Shown: positions 9,824 through 20,045, counted from the first letter of the stretch. The stretch is 64,000 nt of DNA from an uncultured Acidobacteriota bacterium (GCA_963777605.1 CAVZRV010000008.1:256001-320000), one strand, 5' to 3'. Translations and numbers: made by a program. Notes: generated from the letters alone by a model not told the origin.

Positions 9824-11284
9824 ATGAAATGCTTCTCTCGAACTGGACTCTTGTTGATGTTACTGGCAGGCGGGGGGCCGCTCGGCGTTGTGGCTGCCCA
9901 GACGCCGGAATCGCGACCCTCGACCGGTGGGCCCTCTTCGCCCGCAGAATCGGTTCCGTTGTTGAGTGATCAAAGCCCGCTCCTCGGGAGTGTTCCGGAA
10001 GGTGAAGCGACCGGCGAGGAATTGGACTTGTCGTTGACCGATGCGGTGGCGCGTGGTTTGCGAAGCAACCTCGGGGTCTTGTTGAGCGGGCATGGGCGCA
10101 CCGCCGCAGAGGGAGAACGTCGCCAGGCGCTGAGTGCCCTGCTTCCCAAGCTGTCGGCCGGATTGAATGAGGCGGTCCAGCAGACCAATCTGGCCGCGCT
10201 TGGATTTCCAGGATTTCCCGGAATTCCCCAAATTATCGGTCCCTTCAGTGTTTTCGACGCGAGAGCCTACGCCAACCAGGATTTGCTGAACCTGCCCGCC
10301 CTGCACCGGCTCAATTCTGCGTCCGAGGATCTCAAGGCTGCTGACTTTTCGTATCAAAACGCACGGGATCTGGTTGTCCTCGGAGTGGTCGGCCTCTACC
10401 TGCAGGCACTCTCCGGGAAGGGTCGGGTCGAGGCCGCTCAGGCCCAGTTTGAGACGGCTCAAGCCCTCTACACCCAGGCGACTTCGTATAAGGAAGCCGG
10501 GGTCGTACCGGCGATCGAGGTTCTCCGTGCCCAGGTCGAAATGCAGTCTGAACAGCAAAGGCTGATCTATCTCCAAAACCGGTTTGAGAAGGAGAAATTG
10601 AAACTGGGTCGTGCCATAGGATTTAGTCCTGCCCAGCGATTCCGTTTGACCGACGATGCTCCTTACCGGCCAATGCCCCTGATCACGGTTGACCAGGCGA
10701 TCGAGCGGGCCTACGCATCCCGTCCCGACTATCAGAGTGCCCGGGCCCGCCTGCGATCGGCTTCTCTGGCCAGAAAAGCCGCGGAGAGCCAGCGACTGCC
10801 TACCGCGGACGTCGATTTCAACTACGGCACGATCGGACGGAGACCGGGAAGTTCCCACGGCACCTTCTCCTTTGCCGCGAATGTCGATGTTCCCATTTTC
10901 GAAGGCGGCCGGATCTCGGGAGAGGTCATGGAGGCGGAAGCCCTGGTTCAGGAGAGACAGAATCAGCTGGACAATCTTCACGCTCAGATCCGCTATGACG
11001 TGGAAACTGCGTTCCTTGACATCCGTTCGTCCGAGAACCAGGTCAAGGTTGCTGAGGACACCATTGATTTGGCACATCAGCAGTTGGAACAGGCCCGTGA
11101 TCGGTTCACAGCCGGAGTGGCGACAAACATCGAAGTTGTTCAGGCCCAGGCCGCACTGGCAACGGCCAACGAAAACTACATTTCGAGTCTCTTTGGCTAC
11201 AACCTGGCAAAGGCTGAGCTTGCCCGGGCCCTTGGCGGGGCAGAGAAGATCGTTCTGGAATACCTGCGGGGAGACACGAAATGA
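9824..11284 (+). CDS. TolC-family outer membrane efflux protein
   Basis: Signal peptide, LSLTDAVARGL.SN, two OEP repeats (ALLPKLS; VPIFEGG; RFTAGVATNIEVVQAQ). Confidence 0.93.
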   Translation: MKCFSRTGLLLMLLAGGGPLGVVAAQTPESRPSTGGPSSPAESVPLLSDQSPLLGSVPEGEATGEELDLSLTDAVARGLRSNLGVLLSGHGRTAAEGERRQALSALLPKLSAGLNEAVQQTNLAALGFPGFPGIPQIIGPFSVFDARAYANQDLLNLPALHRLNSASEDLKAADFSYQNARDLVVLGVVGLYLQALSGKGRVEAAQAQFETAQALYTQATSYKEAGVVPAIEVLRAQVEMQSEQQRLIYLQNRFEKEKLKLGRAIGFSPAQRFRLTDDAPYRPMPLITVDQAIERAYASRPDYQSARARLRSASLARKAAESQRLPTADVDFNYGTIGRRPGSSHGTFSFAANVDVPIFEGGRISGEVMEAEALVQERQNQLDNLHAQIRYDVETAFLDIRSSENQVKVAEDTIDLAHQQLEQARDRFTAGVATNIEVVQAQAALATANENYISSLFGYNLAKAELARALGGAEKIVLEYLRGDTK

Positions 11285-12633
11285 GCGCAGCTCAAGATCA
11301 AGAATCGAGGCCGACAGATGCGCCTGAGGGAAACGCTTCAGATGAACGACCGCAGACCCGAAAAGACGGGGCTCGACCGTTATCCCGCAAGCGCCGCTAT
11401 GCCAGGTGGATCGTTCCCCTGGTGTTGGTGATCGCGGCCGTGGTGGGATACCAGGTGTGGGCCTACTATACGGTACGCGAATCGACCGATGATGCCCAGG
11501 TGAACGGACACATTCATCCCATCAGTGCCCGTGTCGGAGGCACGGTCATCGCCGTCAATGTAGACGAGAATGAAACTCACGACACCGGGACGGTCCTCGT
11601 GCAGATTGATCCCAGGGATTACCAGGTGGCACTTGAAAGGGCCCAGGCCGACCTGTTGGAGGCTCAGGCCGCGCTCGACGCGAGCCAGACCGGCGTGCCC
11701 ATAACCTCGACGACCACCGCCAGCGAGTTGAGCGGATCGGAGGCGGGCGTGCTGCAGTCGCGGGCGGCTCTCGAAACGGCTGAACGGGAGTTGAATGCGC
11801 AGAAGTATCGACTCAGTTCGGCCCAGGCCCAGTTGCAGCAGGCGGAGGCAAACTACAAGAAGGCTGCTCGGGATCTCGATCGAATGAAGCTGCTCATCTC
11901 CAAAGAGGAGATCTCCCGACAGCAGTTTGACGCCGTACAGGCAACTGAAGAGTCCCTCCAGGCCGTAGTCGCCTCTTCCGAAGCTGTTGTTGATGGGGCC
12001 GATGCGGGGATTCGGATTGCCGAAAGCCAGGTGGAAGTTGCACGTGCCCGCCTTGGGCAGGCACAGGCGGCCGAGTCGGCCGCCAAAACCGCCCCCCAGC
12101 AGGTCTCGGTCAGCCGGTCCAAAGTCAAATCGGCCGAGGCCCGGGTCAAGCGGGCCCAGGCCGCCGTGGACCAGGCCAATCTGAACCTGGAGTACACAAC
12201 CGTAAAGGCCCCGATCGGTGGAATCATCAGCAAGCGGAGCGTCGAAGTCGGCCAGGTCGTCCAGGCCGGGCAACCGCTGATGGCGATTGTTCCCCTGGAC
12301 GAAATCTGGGTGACCGCGAATTTCAAGGAGACCCAACTTGAGAACTTGAGGGTGGGACAGCCTGTCACGATTTCGGTGGATGCCTATGGCCATGATTACA
12401 AGGGGCGCGTGGAGAGTTTCTCGCCAGCAACCGGGGCCAAATTCAGCCTGCTTCCGCCGGAGAATGCCACCGGGAACTTCGTCAAAGTCGTACAGCGCGT
12501 ACCGGTTCGGATTGCGATCGACAAGGGACAGGATTCGGAACATCGGCTCCGTTTGGGTCTCTCTGTTGAAGCCACCGTGGTAACGGGCAGACACGGCAAC
12601 GACCAGGGCTCAGGTGGAGGAAGCGTCGAGTGA
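11281..12633 (+). CDS. emrA: HlyD/EmrA-family membrane fusion protein
   Basis: STDDAQVNG, long coiled coil, WVTANFKETQL, PATGAKFSLLPPENATGNFVKVVQRVPVRI; ATGA overlap with tolC. Confidence 0.93.
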   Translation: MSAAQDQESRPTDAPEGNASDERPQTRKDGARPLSRKRRYARWIVPLVLVIAAVVGYQVWAYYTVRESTDDAQVNGHIHPISARVGGTVIAVNVDENETHDTGTVLVQIDPRDYQVALERAQADLLEAQAALDASQTGVPITSTTTASELSGSEAGVLQSRAALETAERELNAQKYRLSSAQAQLQQAEANYKKAARDLDRMKLLISKEEISRQQFDAVQATEESLQAVVASSEAVVDGADAGIRIAESQVEVARARLGQAQAAESAAKTAPQQVSVSRSKVKSAEARVKRAQAAVDQANLNLEYTTVKAPIGGIISKRSVEVGQVVQAGQPLMAIVPLDEIWVTANFKETQLENLRVGQPVTISVDAYGHDYKGRVESFSPATGAKFSLLPPENATGNFVKVVQRVPVRIAIDKGQDSEHRLRLGLSVEATVVTGRHGNDQGSGGGSVE

Positions 12634-12725
12634 GGTGTCAGTTTCACGGACGCAGACCGGGAAGGTCTCGTTCGGGCTGAGCGCCTCGGCTGCGGAGTGA
12701 CCGGCTCCGCGGGTGGAGATGCATC

Positions 12726-13355
12726 ATGGAATTTCGGGTTGTGACTATTGCCAGAGAGTGTGGTAGCAGGGGCGGCGCAATTGCACGACTGCTTGGCGAG
12801 CGGTTGGGCTGGAGTGTCCTCGATCGGTCCCTGATTTCCGAGGTCGCTCGGCTTGCCAAGGTCGATCCCAAGCTCGTAGAGCGGTACGACGAAAGCGTTG
12901 ACAGTTGGATTTACAGGCTCAGCAAGAAGGCGCTCTGGAAAGGAGCATTCGAGGGTGTGGCCATGCCCGTGGAGGAGTCGTGCTTCGATGCTCAGGCCAT
13001 GTCCCAGATCGTCGCCGGGGTTATTCGCCAGGCTGCCGATGGTGGCAACTGCGTGATTGTCGGCAGGGGAGGGCAATGTCTCCTCCAGGATCGGGAGGAC
13101 GTGTTCCACGTCTTCATCTACGCGCCAATTGAGGATCGAATCCAGAGACAGGCAGAGCGCTTTGGTCAAACCACGGAGATGGACGTCGAGCAGTATCTCG
13201 ATCAGGTCGATCGCCGCAGGGCCGAGTGCGTCCGCTGGCTGTTTCAGCAGGACTGGACGAACCGCCACCTTTACCACCTGATGGCCAGTTCCACGATCGG
13301 CGAGGAGCGGGTCGTGGACGCGGTGGTGGAGGCGATGGGGAAGGAGCGGTCCTGA
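12726..13355 (+). CDS. Cytidylate kinase-like family protein (PF13189 type)
   Basis: VVTIARECGSRGGAIARLLGERLG, CVIVGRGGQCLL, HVFIYAPIEDRI, D..R...Y.L motifs. Confidence 0.85.
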   Translation: MEFRVVTIARECGSRGGAIARLLGERLGWSVLDRSLISEVARLAKVDPKLVERYDESVDSWIYRLSKKALWKGAFEGVAMPVEESCFDAQAMSQIVAGVIRQAADGGNCVIVGRGGQCLLQDREDVFHVFIYAPIEDRIQRQAERFGQTTEMDVEQYLDQVDRRRAECVRWLFQQDWTNRHLYHLMASSTIGEERVVDAVVEAMGKERS

Positions 13356-13357
13356 CC

Positions 13358-14923
13358 TTGGCGAACGAGACGCCGGACTCAAGACCCCAGGTGAACCCCT
13401 GGATCGTGGCGATTTCCGTGATGTTTGCGACATTCATGGAAGTCATGGACACCACGGTGGTCAACGTGTCCCTCCCTCACATCGCGGGAAGCCTCTCCGC
13501 CAGTGTTAACGAGGCGACCTGGACGTTGACCTCCTACCTGGTTTCCAATGCCATTATTTTGCCGATGACCGGTTGGCTGGCGAATTACTTCGGTCGCAAG
13601 CGACTGCTGATGATGTCGGTGACCGGGTTCACGCTATCCTCGTTGGTTTGCGGTATTGCTCCCAGTCTTCCCGTGCTGGTGTTCACCCGGATCGTTCAGG
13701 GCGCGGCCGGCGGTACGCTACAACCCCTCTCGCAGTCGATCCTCCTGGAGGCCTTTCGCCCGGAAGACCGGGGAAAGGCGATGGGTTTCTGGGGTCTGGG
13801 CATTGTCGTGGCCCCCATCATGGGACCGGTTCTCGGAGGCTGGCTGACCGACCAGTACAGTTGGCGATGGGTCTTCTTCATCAATATCCCCGTCGGGATC
13901 ATTTCTCTCGTCATGACCAAGGCGTTCGTCTTTGACCCGCCCTACATCGGGAAGAACCGAAAGCGGATCGACTACTGGGGAGTGGGCATGCTGGCCGTCG
14001 GAATCGGGGCGCTCCAAGTGCTTCTCGACAAGGGGCAGGATGAGGACTGGTTCCAGTCACACCTGATGACTGCGCTGGCGGTGATCGCAGCCGTTTCCCT
14101 CATCCTTCTGATCATCCGCGAGTTGAAGACACGAGATCCGGTTATCGATCTGCAGGTATTTCGGAAGCGTACTTACAGCGCCGGGGTGTTCCTCATGACC
14201 TCGCTGGGGTTCGTGCTGTACGGGAGCCTGGTGCTGGTGCCGATTCTGATGCAGACACTATTGGGCTACTCCGCCTTCGAGGCGGGAATTGCCATGGCTC
14301 CACGCGGGTTCGGGTCGTTTCTGACCATGCCGATCGTGGGAGTTCTGGTCGGAAAGTTTGATCCCCGCAAACTGTTGGCGATGGGCTTTACGCTGTGCGC
14401 GTTCAGCCTCTACAAGTTGTCCATTCTAAACCTGAATGCGGGCTATTGGGACTTCTTCTGGCCCCAGTTCATTCAGGGTGTGTCCCTGGCTTTGCTTTTT
14501 GTGCCGCTGACGACGACTACCATGGACCCGATTGCGAATGAGAACATGGGGAATGCAACCAGCATCTTCAACCTGCTCCGCAACATCGGGGGTAGCATGG
14601 GTATTGCGGCGGCAACCACCTACACTGCCCGTCATCAGCAGCAGTTGATCAGCGTCTTCGGCCGCCACATCAACCCGTACGATCCAACTTCGCAGTTGGC
14701 CGTCGGCGAGATTCAGTCCCACCTCATGCAACGGGGAGCGGACCCATTTACGGCCGCTCAACAGACTCACGGGATCCTTTTTGGAATCGTTCAGCAGCAG
14801 GCGGCGCTCGTCTCATTCATGAACGCCTTCCTGATCCTGGGGATCGTGTTCCTCTGCGTCCTCCCGGTAATCCTGATCATGAAGAAGCCGGCAGACAGAA
14901 GAGGAGCGCCGCCGATGCACTGA
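13358..14923 (+). CDS. emrB: DHA2-family MFS efflux permease (EmrB-like)
   Basis: FMEVMDTTVVNVSLPHIAG, WTLTSYLV, WRWVFFINIP, LDKGQ..DWF, FNLLRNIGGS; TTG start after AAGGAG, 2 nt downstream of the kinase-like gene. Confidence 0.93.
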   Translation: MANETPDSRPQVNPWIVAISVMFATFMEVMDTTVVNVSLPHIAGSLSASVNEATWTLTSYLVSNAIILPMTGWLANYFGRKRLLMMSVTGFTLSSLVCGIAPSLPVLVFTRIVQGAAGGTLQPLSQSILLEAFRPEDRGKAMGFWGLGIVVAPIMGPVLGGWLTDQYSWRWVFFINIPVGIISLVMTKAFVFDPPYIGKNRKRIDYWGVGMLAVGIGALQVLLDKGQDEDWFQSHLMTALAVIAAVSLILLIIRELKTRDPVIDLQVFRKRTYSAGVFLMTSLGFVLYGSLVLVPILMQTLLGYSAFEAGIAMAPRGFGSFLTMPIVGVLVGKFDPRKLLAMGFTLCAFSLYKLSILNLNAGYWDFFWPQFIQGVSLALLFVPLTTTTMDPIANENMGNATSIFNLLRNIGGSMGIAAATTYTARHQQQLISVFGRHINPYDPTSQLAVGEIQSHLMQRGADPFTAAQQTHGILFGIVQQQAALVSFMNAFLILGIVFLCVLPVILIMKKPADRRGAPPMH

Positions 14924-15043
14924 TTGCGTCCGGTCGCCTACTTGAGTTGGAATCGGATCGCAGCGTCGGCATGGGCCGAGGTTTTTCCCCTTTCCTCGAA
15001 AATCCGGTGACACGCACCAATCAAACTCGTAACTCCCTTGAAC

Positions 15044-15258
15044 AAGAGATTTTCCTGCAGGCCTGGTACGAATTATTCGTGCAGACATCTGCCCTGTGTT
15101 CTCTAAAGGAAGATTGAAGAGCGAAACCACGAGACCTCAGAATGGTTGCGTTCAGGGCCTAGTGGGGCGACCGCATCTCGCGGAATGGAGGGGACCCGGC
15201 ACTCCGAAAGACTGTTGCAACGATGCTTAAAAGGTACCAGGCCTCAGGAAAAAGTCTT
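15044..15258. repeat. Long-range imperfect inverted repeat in the gap between convergent operons
   Basis: aagagattttcctgcaggcctggtac (15044-15069) vs gtaccaggcctcaggaaaaagtctt (15234-15258). Confidence 0.5.
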
Positions 15259-15293
15259 ATCCTGCAGCTGTTTACGGATCCAAACGGTGCGTG

Positions 15294-15539
15294 TCACCGA
15301 ATTCGTGACGCCTGGCGGTCGCGCTCCGTAGCTTTGCGGCCGATCAGGAGAAAAACGATGCCGCTAATCAGCATGAATGCTCCCCACCAGAGGCTGGGAT
15401 TGGTTTCGCCCAACACGGTCTTGGGCAATTCCGTGGCGGCGTAGTAGACGCCCGTCAAGGTGATGATGGCACCGTATACCGTCAGGACCATTCCAACCCA
15501 GCTCCAAATCGAAATCATGGTCGCTTGCTGCTTCGACAT
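15294..15539 (-). CDS. Small two-helix membrane protein downstream of SSS transporter
   Basis: ISIWSWVGMVLTVYGAIITLTG...LWWGAFMLISGIVFL; GGAGG RBS; same strand and 15 bp after the SSS gene. Confidence 0.7.
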   Translation of the reverse strand: MSKQQATMISIWSWVGMVLTVYGAIITLTGVYYAATELPKTVLGETNPSLWWGAFMLISGIVFLLIGRKATERDRQASRIR

Positions 15540-15554
15540 AGCCGTCCTCCGCCC

Positions 15555-17225
15555 CTACCAGAAATAGATGTTCAAGGCGATGCAGAGCGCCAGTGCGATC
15601 GCCGCCCACATCTCGGGTTTTTTCCAGAATGGTACCTCCTCCAGGGAGGTGATGTCGGTCAGGCCTCTTACCAGCCCTGTTAACTCGCTTATGGGCTTGG
15701 GCTTCGTTACCAGGCTGACGATAATCGTCAGGCTCAGGGTCAGCAACCAGGCCCACCAAGCACGCCAGAGGTTCTCAGCCATGTCGCTCGGATGGTTGGA
15801 AAGAGTGACGGAATAGGCGGAGATCCATTCGAATCGGAGCGCGATGAAGAGGAAAAAGGAAGTGCTCATTCCGACGAGGAGTCCCCAAAATGCGCCGGCC
15901 GACGTAGTTCGCTTCCAGAACATCCCCAACAGCATGGTCGCGAAAAGGGGCGCGTTGACCCAGCTGAAAATCGCCTGGATGTAATCCATGATGCTCTCGA
16001 ACGCCATCGCCCAGTAGGCTGTGAGGATCGACAGGAAAATCCCCACAATCGTGGTCACGCGGCCTACCCAGACCAAGTGTTCGTCGGTAGCATCCCGCTT
16101 GATGATCGCGCGGTAGATGTCGTACGTCCAGACCGTGTTGAACGCTGAGACATTTCCGGCCTGGCCCGCCATGAAACCCGCGAGAAGCCCGGTGATCCCG
16201 AGCCCGACCAGCCCCGCCGGGTAATAGCGCGCGATCAACAGCGGCAGTGCCGAGTCATACCAGATTTCGCCATTCTCTTTGGTCATGAGGGCGAAGCCGC
16301 TGTCGGGGTTCTGGCCCAGTTTCCAGGCAACCAGCCCTCCTCCGACGACAATGAACGGCAAAGCCATCTTGAAGAACGAAGCGATCACCGGAGTGTTCCG
16401 GGCGGCCTGCAGGTCGCGAGCCGAGAACGCACGCTGGACGATGAGAAAGTCGGTCGTCCAGTACCCGAACGAGAGTACGAAACCAAGTCCGATCACGATC
16501 CCGAGCCAGGTGACCCCCATCTCATTGGCCGAAGCACTGCCGGTCGTGGACCAGAGCGCGGACATCTCAGGAGGGAGGCTGGCAAGCAACTTGCCGATGC
16601 CTCCCACCTCCACCAACCCGAGCAGGGCAACCAGGAAGAGCCCGAACCAGATCAGAAAGAACTGGATGATTTCAGTGAGAATCGCCGACAGCAGTCCGCC
16701 CATGGTGATGTAGGCCGCCACCGCGGCCGCCGAGATCCAAATCGACACGTGCATGTTCCACCCCAGGACGATGTGAAAAACCACCGCCATGAGGTAGAGA
16801 TTGATCCCACTCATCAGAACCGTCATGAAAGCGAAAGAAAAGGCATTCAGGAGCCGGTTCTTTTCGTCGAAACGCAGCAGAAGATAGCCCGGGATCGAGT
16901 GGATCCGGCTGCTGTAGTAAAACGGCATCATGAAGAGGGCGAGGAAGAGCATGGCCGGGACTGCCCCGATCCAGTAGAAGTGCGAGACGAACATCCCGTA
17001 CTTGACGGTTCCGCCGGTCCAACCCAGGATTTCCAGGGCCCCCAGGTTGGCAGACAGAAAAGCCAGGCCGGCCACCCATGAACTGTTGCGCCGGCCTGCC
17101 AGGAAAAAGTCTTCTCCTTTGTCACCGAACTTCTTCAGGTAGATACCAATCCCGATGATCGCTCCGAAATAGAAAAGGATCACCAGCCAATCCACCAGGT
17201 GGAGAGTGATTTGATTAGAGTTCAT
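15555..17225 (-). CDS. Sodium:solute symporter family protein
   Basis: DFFLAGR, GLAFLSANLGA, FGYWTTDFLIVQRA, NVSAFNTVWTYDIY; about 13-14 TM helices. Confidence 0.93.
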   Translation of the reverse strand: MNSNQITLHLVDWLVILFYFGAIIGIGIYLKKFGDKGEDFFLAGRRNSSWVAGLAFLSANLGALEILGWTGGTVKYGMFVSHFYWIGAVPAMLFLALFMMPFYYSSRIHSIPGYLLLRFDEKNRLLNAFSFAFMTVLMSGINLYLMAVVFHIVLGWNMHVSIWISAAAVAAYITMGGLLSAILTEIIQFFLIWFGLFLVALLGLVEVGGIGKLLASLPPEMSALWSTTGSASANEMGVTWLGIVIGLGFVLSFGYWTTDFLIVQRAFSARDLQAARNTPVIASFFKMALPFIVVGGGLVAWKLGQNPDSGFALMTKENGEIWYDSALPLLIARYYPAGLVGLGITGLLAGFMAGQAGNVSAFNTVWTYDIYRAIIKRDATDEHLVWVGRVTTIVGIFLSILTAYWAMAFESIMDYIQAIFSWVNAPLFATMLLGMFWKRTTSAGAFWGLLVGMSTSFFLFIALRFEWISAYSVTLSNHPSDMAENLWRAWWAWLLTLSLTIIVSLVTKPKPISELTGLVRGLTDITSLEEVPFWKKPEMWAAIALALCIALNIYFW

Positions 17226-17298
17226 TCCTACCCCTCATGTCACATCTGCTGATACCGAAGGCACATTGCCGATTCATAATAAGTCCAGTTCAAAGCCC

Positions 17299-18729
17299 CT
17301 ATCCGCGACCGGGTTCCGCCCCATTGGGAGATGTCGGCACGTAGAAGCTCCACTGGCGATCGTGGGCTCGCTCGTCGTCCCACTCCGGAGTCGGCGGAAA
17401 GTACTCCCGCTCGGGGTCCTTCAGATCCCGCTTCACGGCGTCTTCGTTCAACTCGATACCGAGTCCGGGAGCATCCGGAACCGGGACGAAACCGTCACGA
17501 GTCATGAACGGCTTCGGAGGCCCTTCGACTGCGGTCTCGTACCGCGGGTCATCCACCCCGTGGTGCTCCATGACCAGGAAGTTCTCGGTTGCGGCCGCAC
17601 AGTGGATGCTCGAGAAGAGAGTAACCGGCCCTCCCGCCATGTGCATGGCCATGGAAATGCCGTTGCGCTGGGCGTAATCACCGATCTTTTTGGTCTCCAG
17701 AAGTCCCCCTGACGTGGCCAGGTCGGGATGAATCATGGAGACTGCCCTGCGGTCGATCAGTTCCTGAAAACCGTCCAACAGGTAGATGTCTTCACCCGTG
17801 AGCACGGGTGTCCGGCACGAATTCTTGAGCCGCACCAACTGGTCCGGGTACCACCACGGGACCATGTCTTCGTACCAGGCGAAATTGCACTTGTCGAGTC
17901 GCTGCGCCAACTTGATCCCGTCCTCGATGCCGAAATGCCCGTAGTGGTCGGTAGCCAGCGGGATCTCCCAGCCCACTCCGTCCCTCACCGCAAGGCAGTA
18001 CTCTTCCATCAGCGCCAGACCCTTTTCGGTTAAACGAATCCCGGTGAAGGGATGGGGCTTGGAGGTCCACTCCCAGTTGTCGTCACCCCACTGCTGGAAC
18101 GGGTTCACGCCCTGTCCTTTCGGCCAGGTTACCGCGCCCTCGATCCCCTCGAGGAGAGAGATCTGGACATCCATTTTCAGAAATGAGAATCCCTCATTCA
18201 TCCTTCCGAGCAACCGTTCAGCCTGCTTTTGGGGATCCTTCTCGAAAGTCGTGTCGGCGTAGAGCCGGATCTTGTCCCTGAACTGTCCCCCCAGCATCTG
18301 CCAACAGGGGACTCCCCAGGCTTTACCGGCGATGTCCCAGCAGGCCTCTTCAATGGAAACAGGGCCGGCGGACTGGCGGGCGTGAGAGCCGAACTGCTTT
18401 ATGTGCCGGAAGATCTTGTCCACGTGACAGGGGTTCAGCCCAAGCACCCGACTCTTCAGCATGAGTGCGTAGGTCGGGCTCGCGCCGTCGCGGAGTTCTC
18501 CGTAGCCATGGAGTTCCTGGTTGGTGTCCAGTCTGAGAACCCAGTGACCGTGAACGTTGCAGACCCGCAGGTCGGTGATCTTCAACCTGGATGGCTGAGA
18601 ATTCGTGTTGACGTTCTGGGCGACGGCCTCGTAATCCTCGGAAGTAACGACGCATCCCGCAGCCAGGGCTGCGCCGACTCCCGTCGCCTTCCGCAGGAGG
18701 CATCTCCGGGTGATCCCGTAATTCTTCAT
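17299..18729 (-). CDS. Mandelate racemase/muconate lactonizing (enolase superfamily) enzyme with Tat signal
   Basis: TRRCLL twin-arginine leader; ACWDIAGKAWGVP, FLKMD, TDHYGH, WYED, TGED, HPDLATSGG, AMH; ATG at 18729 after GGAGAGG. Confidence 0.9.
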   Translation of the reverse strand: MKNYGITRRCLLRKATGVGAALAAGCVVTSEDYEAVAQNVNTNSQPSRLKITDLRVCNVHGHWVLRLDTNQELHGYGELRDGASPTYALMLKSRVLGLNPCHVDKIFRHIKQFGSHARQSAGPVSIEEACWDIAGKAWGVPCWQMLGGQFRDKIRLYADTTFEKDPQKQAERLLGRMNEGFSFLKMDVQISLLEGIEGAVTWPKGQGVNPFQQWGDDNWEWTSKPHPFTGIRLTEKGLALMEEYCLAVRDGVGWEIPLATDHYGHFGIEDGIKLAQRLDKCNFAWYEDMVPWWYPDQLVRLKNSCRTPVLTGEDIYLLDGFQELIDRRAVSMIHPDLATSGGLLETKKIGDYAQRNGISMAMHMAGGPVTLFSSIHCAAATENFLVMEHHGVDDPRYETAVEGPPKPFMTRDGFVPVPDAPGLGIELNEDAVKRDLKDPEREYFPPTPEWDDERAHDRQWSFYVPTSPNGAEPGRG

Positions 18730-18960
18730 CCCACCTCTCCTGAGTAAAGTACTGCCCGGGTTGAATTCCTCCCCGCTGAATCCGGGCGCAAGAGGCCAGT
18801 CGCTGATCGGTTCACGATCAGACGGTAGCGTAACATCCTGGGAAAAAGAAGACCAAGAGGAAATCTCCGAGAGAAGCGATGCCGACTCGGTGCGATCGCC
18901 GTGGCATCCGCCATGCCGGAGATCCCGGGTTCGGCTGAGTTGAAACTTCAATTGGGATGA

Positions 18961-18989
18961 GTTCCTGGTTCCTGGTTTCTCGTTCCTGG
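18961..18989. repeat. Heptamer tandem repeat (gttcctg)x4
   Basis: gttcctg gttcctg gtttctc gttcctg. Confidence 0.6.
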
Positions 18990-18996
18990 AGGGAGA

Positions 18997-19240
18997 GTAA
19001 TCCGGGCAGGCCCTGCCTGCTATGGCGGCCGGGCAGCTTGCCCGGCGGAAGTGAACATTCTCAATCCAGGATTCTTGATTTCCGGTTTGTTCTGAAACAG
19101 GACTGAATCGTACTTTCAGTCCTGCAATGCGGTCTCGGCTGCCATTCCCGGGGCGTTGCCGCCGGGCTGAAATTGACCCTGCGCCGTTGGCGCCCTCGTC
19201 TGGCGATGCTTCACCGGTCTCACTCTTTGAATGATCCGCG
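18997..19240. repeat. Dispersed ~240 bp REP/BIME-like palindromic element, copy 1
   Basis: Shares gtaatcc.ggcag, ccgggcagcttgcccgg, tcaatccag, gaatcg.actttcagt, cccggggcgttgccgccgggctg, tgaccctgcgcc, aatg.tccgcg in the same order with 31872-32116. Confidence 0.8.
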
Positions 19241-19277
19241 CGGGGGCGGGGCTAACTTGAAGCAACCGCACGACCGG

Positions 19278-20045
19278 TTACGCGAATCCTTGGCGAGGGG
19301 GATGTTCCAGGTGTTTGAAAACGGCTTCCCGGTAGGTTCTTCCAAGTGGGACTCGACTTTCGTCCTTCATCACGATTTCGAAATCACCGTGGGAAAGCAC
19401 GCTCAACTCTTTCACGAACTTCACGTTGACCAGGTGACTGCGATGGACTCGAATGAAAATAGCCGGGTCGACGCGGGCTTCCAGGTTCTGAATCGTCTCC
19501 CGGTAGAGCACTGACCTGCCCTCGAAGAACAGCCGTACGTACTTGTCTTCGGCGGCGACCCGGCTGATGGAGCCCATCTCGATAAATACGATCCGGCCCG
19601 AAAGGCGGAGCAGCAAGCGCTGAAGGGGAGTCTGCTGTTTCCTCATCTCCGCCAACAGTTCATCGATGCGGGGATCGCGAATTCCCGACATCGGCTCTGC
19701 TGCACGGTCAACGGCCTGTCGAAAGCGCTCCTCCTCGACCGGTTTCAAGAGGTAATCGAGCGCCCTGACCTCAAATGCCTTGATCGCATACTGATCGAAG
19801 GCGGTGGTAAAGATCACCCGCGGCCGGTCGGCTCCGAGGGCCTCGAGAACTTCGAACCCGTTCATTCGCGGCATCTGAATGTCCAGAAAGAGCAGGTCAG
19901 GTCGGCGCTGTTCGGTCAGTTCAACGGCCTGTTCGCCGTTTTCCGCCTCACCTACGACTTCGAACCTGGGGTCTCCCTTGAGGAGCCGGATCAGCTTTCG
20001 CCGGGCCGGTGGTTCATCGTCAACAATCAGCACTCGGATGCTCAC
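19278..20045 (-). CDS. LytTR-family response regulator
   Basis: REC domain (VDDEPPAR, FLDIQMP, DYLLKP) plus LytTR (FIRVHRSHLVN). Confidence 0.95.
   Translation of the reverse strand: MSIRVLIVDDEPPARRKLIRLLKGDPRFEVVGEAENGEQAVELTEQRRPDLLFLDIQMPRMNGFEVLEALGADRPRVIFTTAFDQYAIKAFEVRALDYLLKPVEEERFRQAVDRAAEPMSGIRDPRIDELLAEMRKQQTPLQRLLLRLSGRIVFIEMGSISRVAAEDKYVRLFFEGRSVLYRETIQNLEARVDPAIFIRVHRSHLVNVKFVKELSVLSHGDFEIVMKDESRVPLGRTYREAVFKHLEHPPRQGFA

Noticed and set aside
18961-19240. Possible CRISPR array from the short repeats here and at 5995-6033 and 39132-39173
   Set aside because: Units are 7-9 bp in tandem with no unique spacers, and there are no cas genes.
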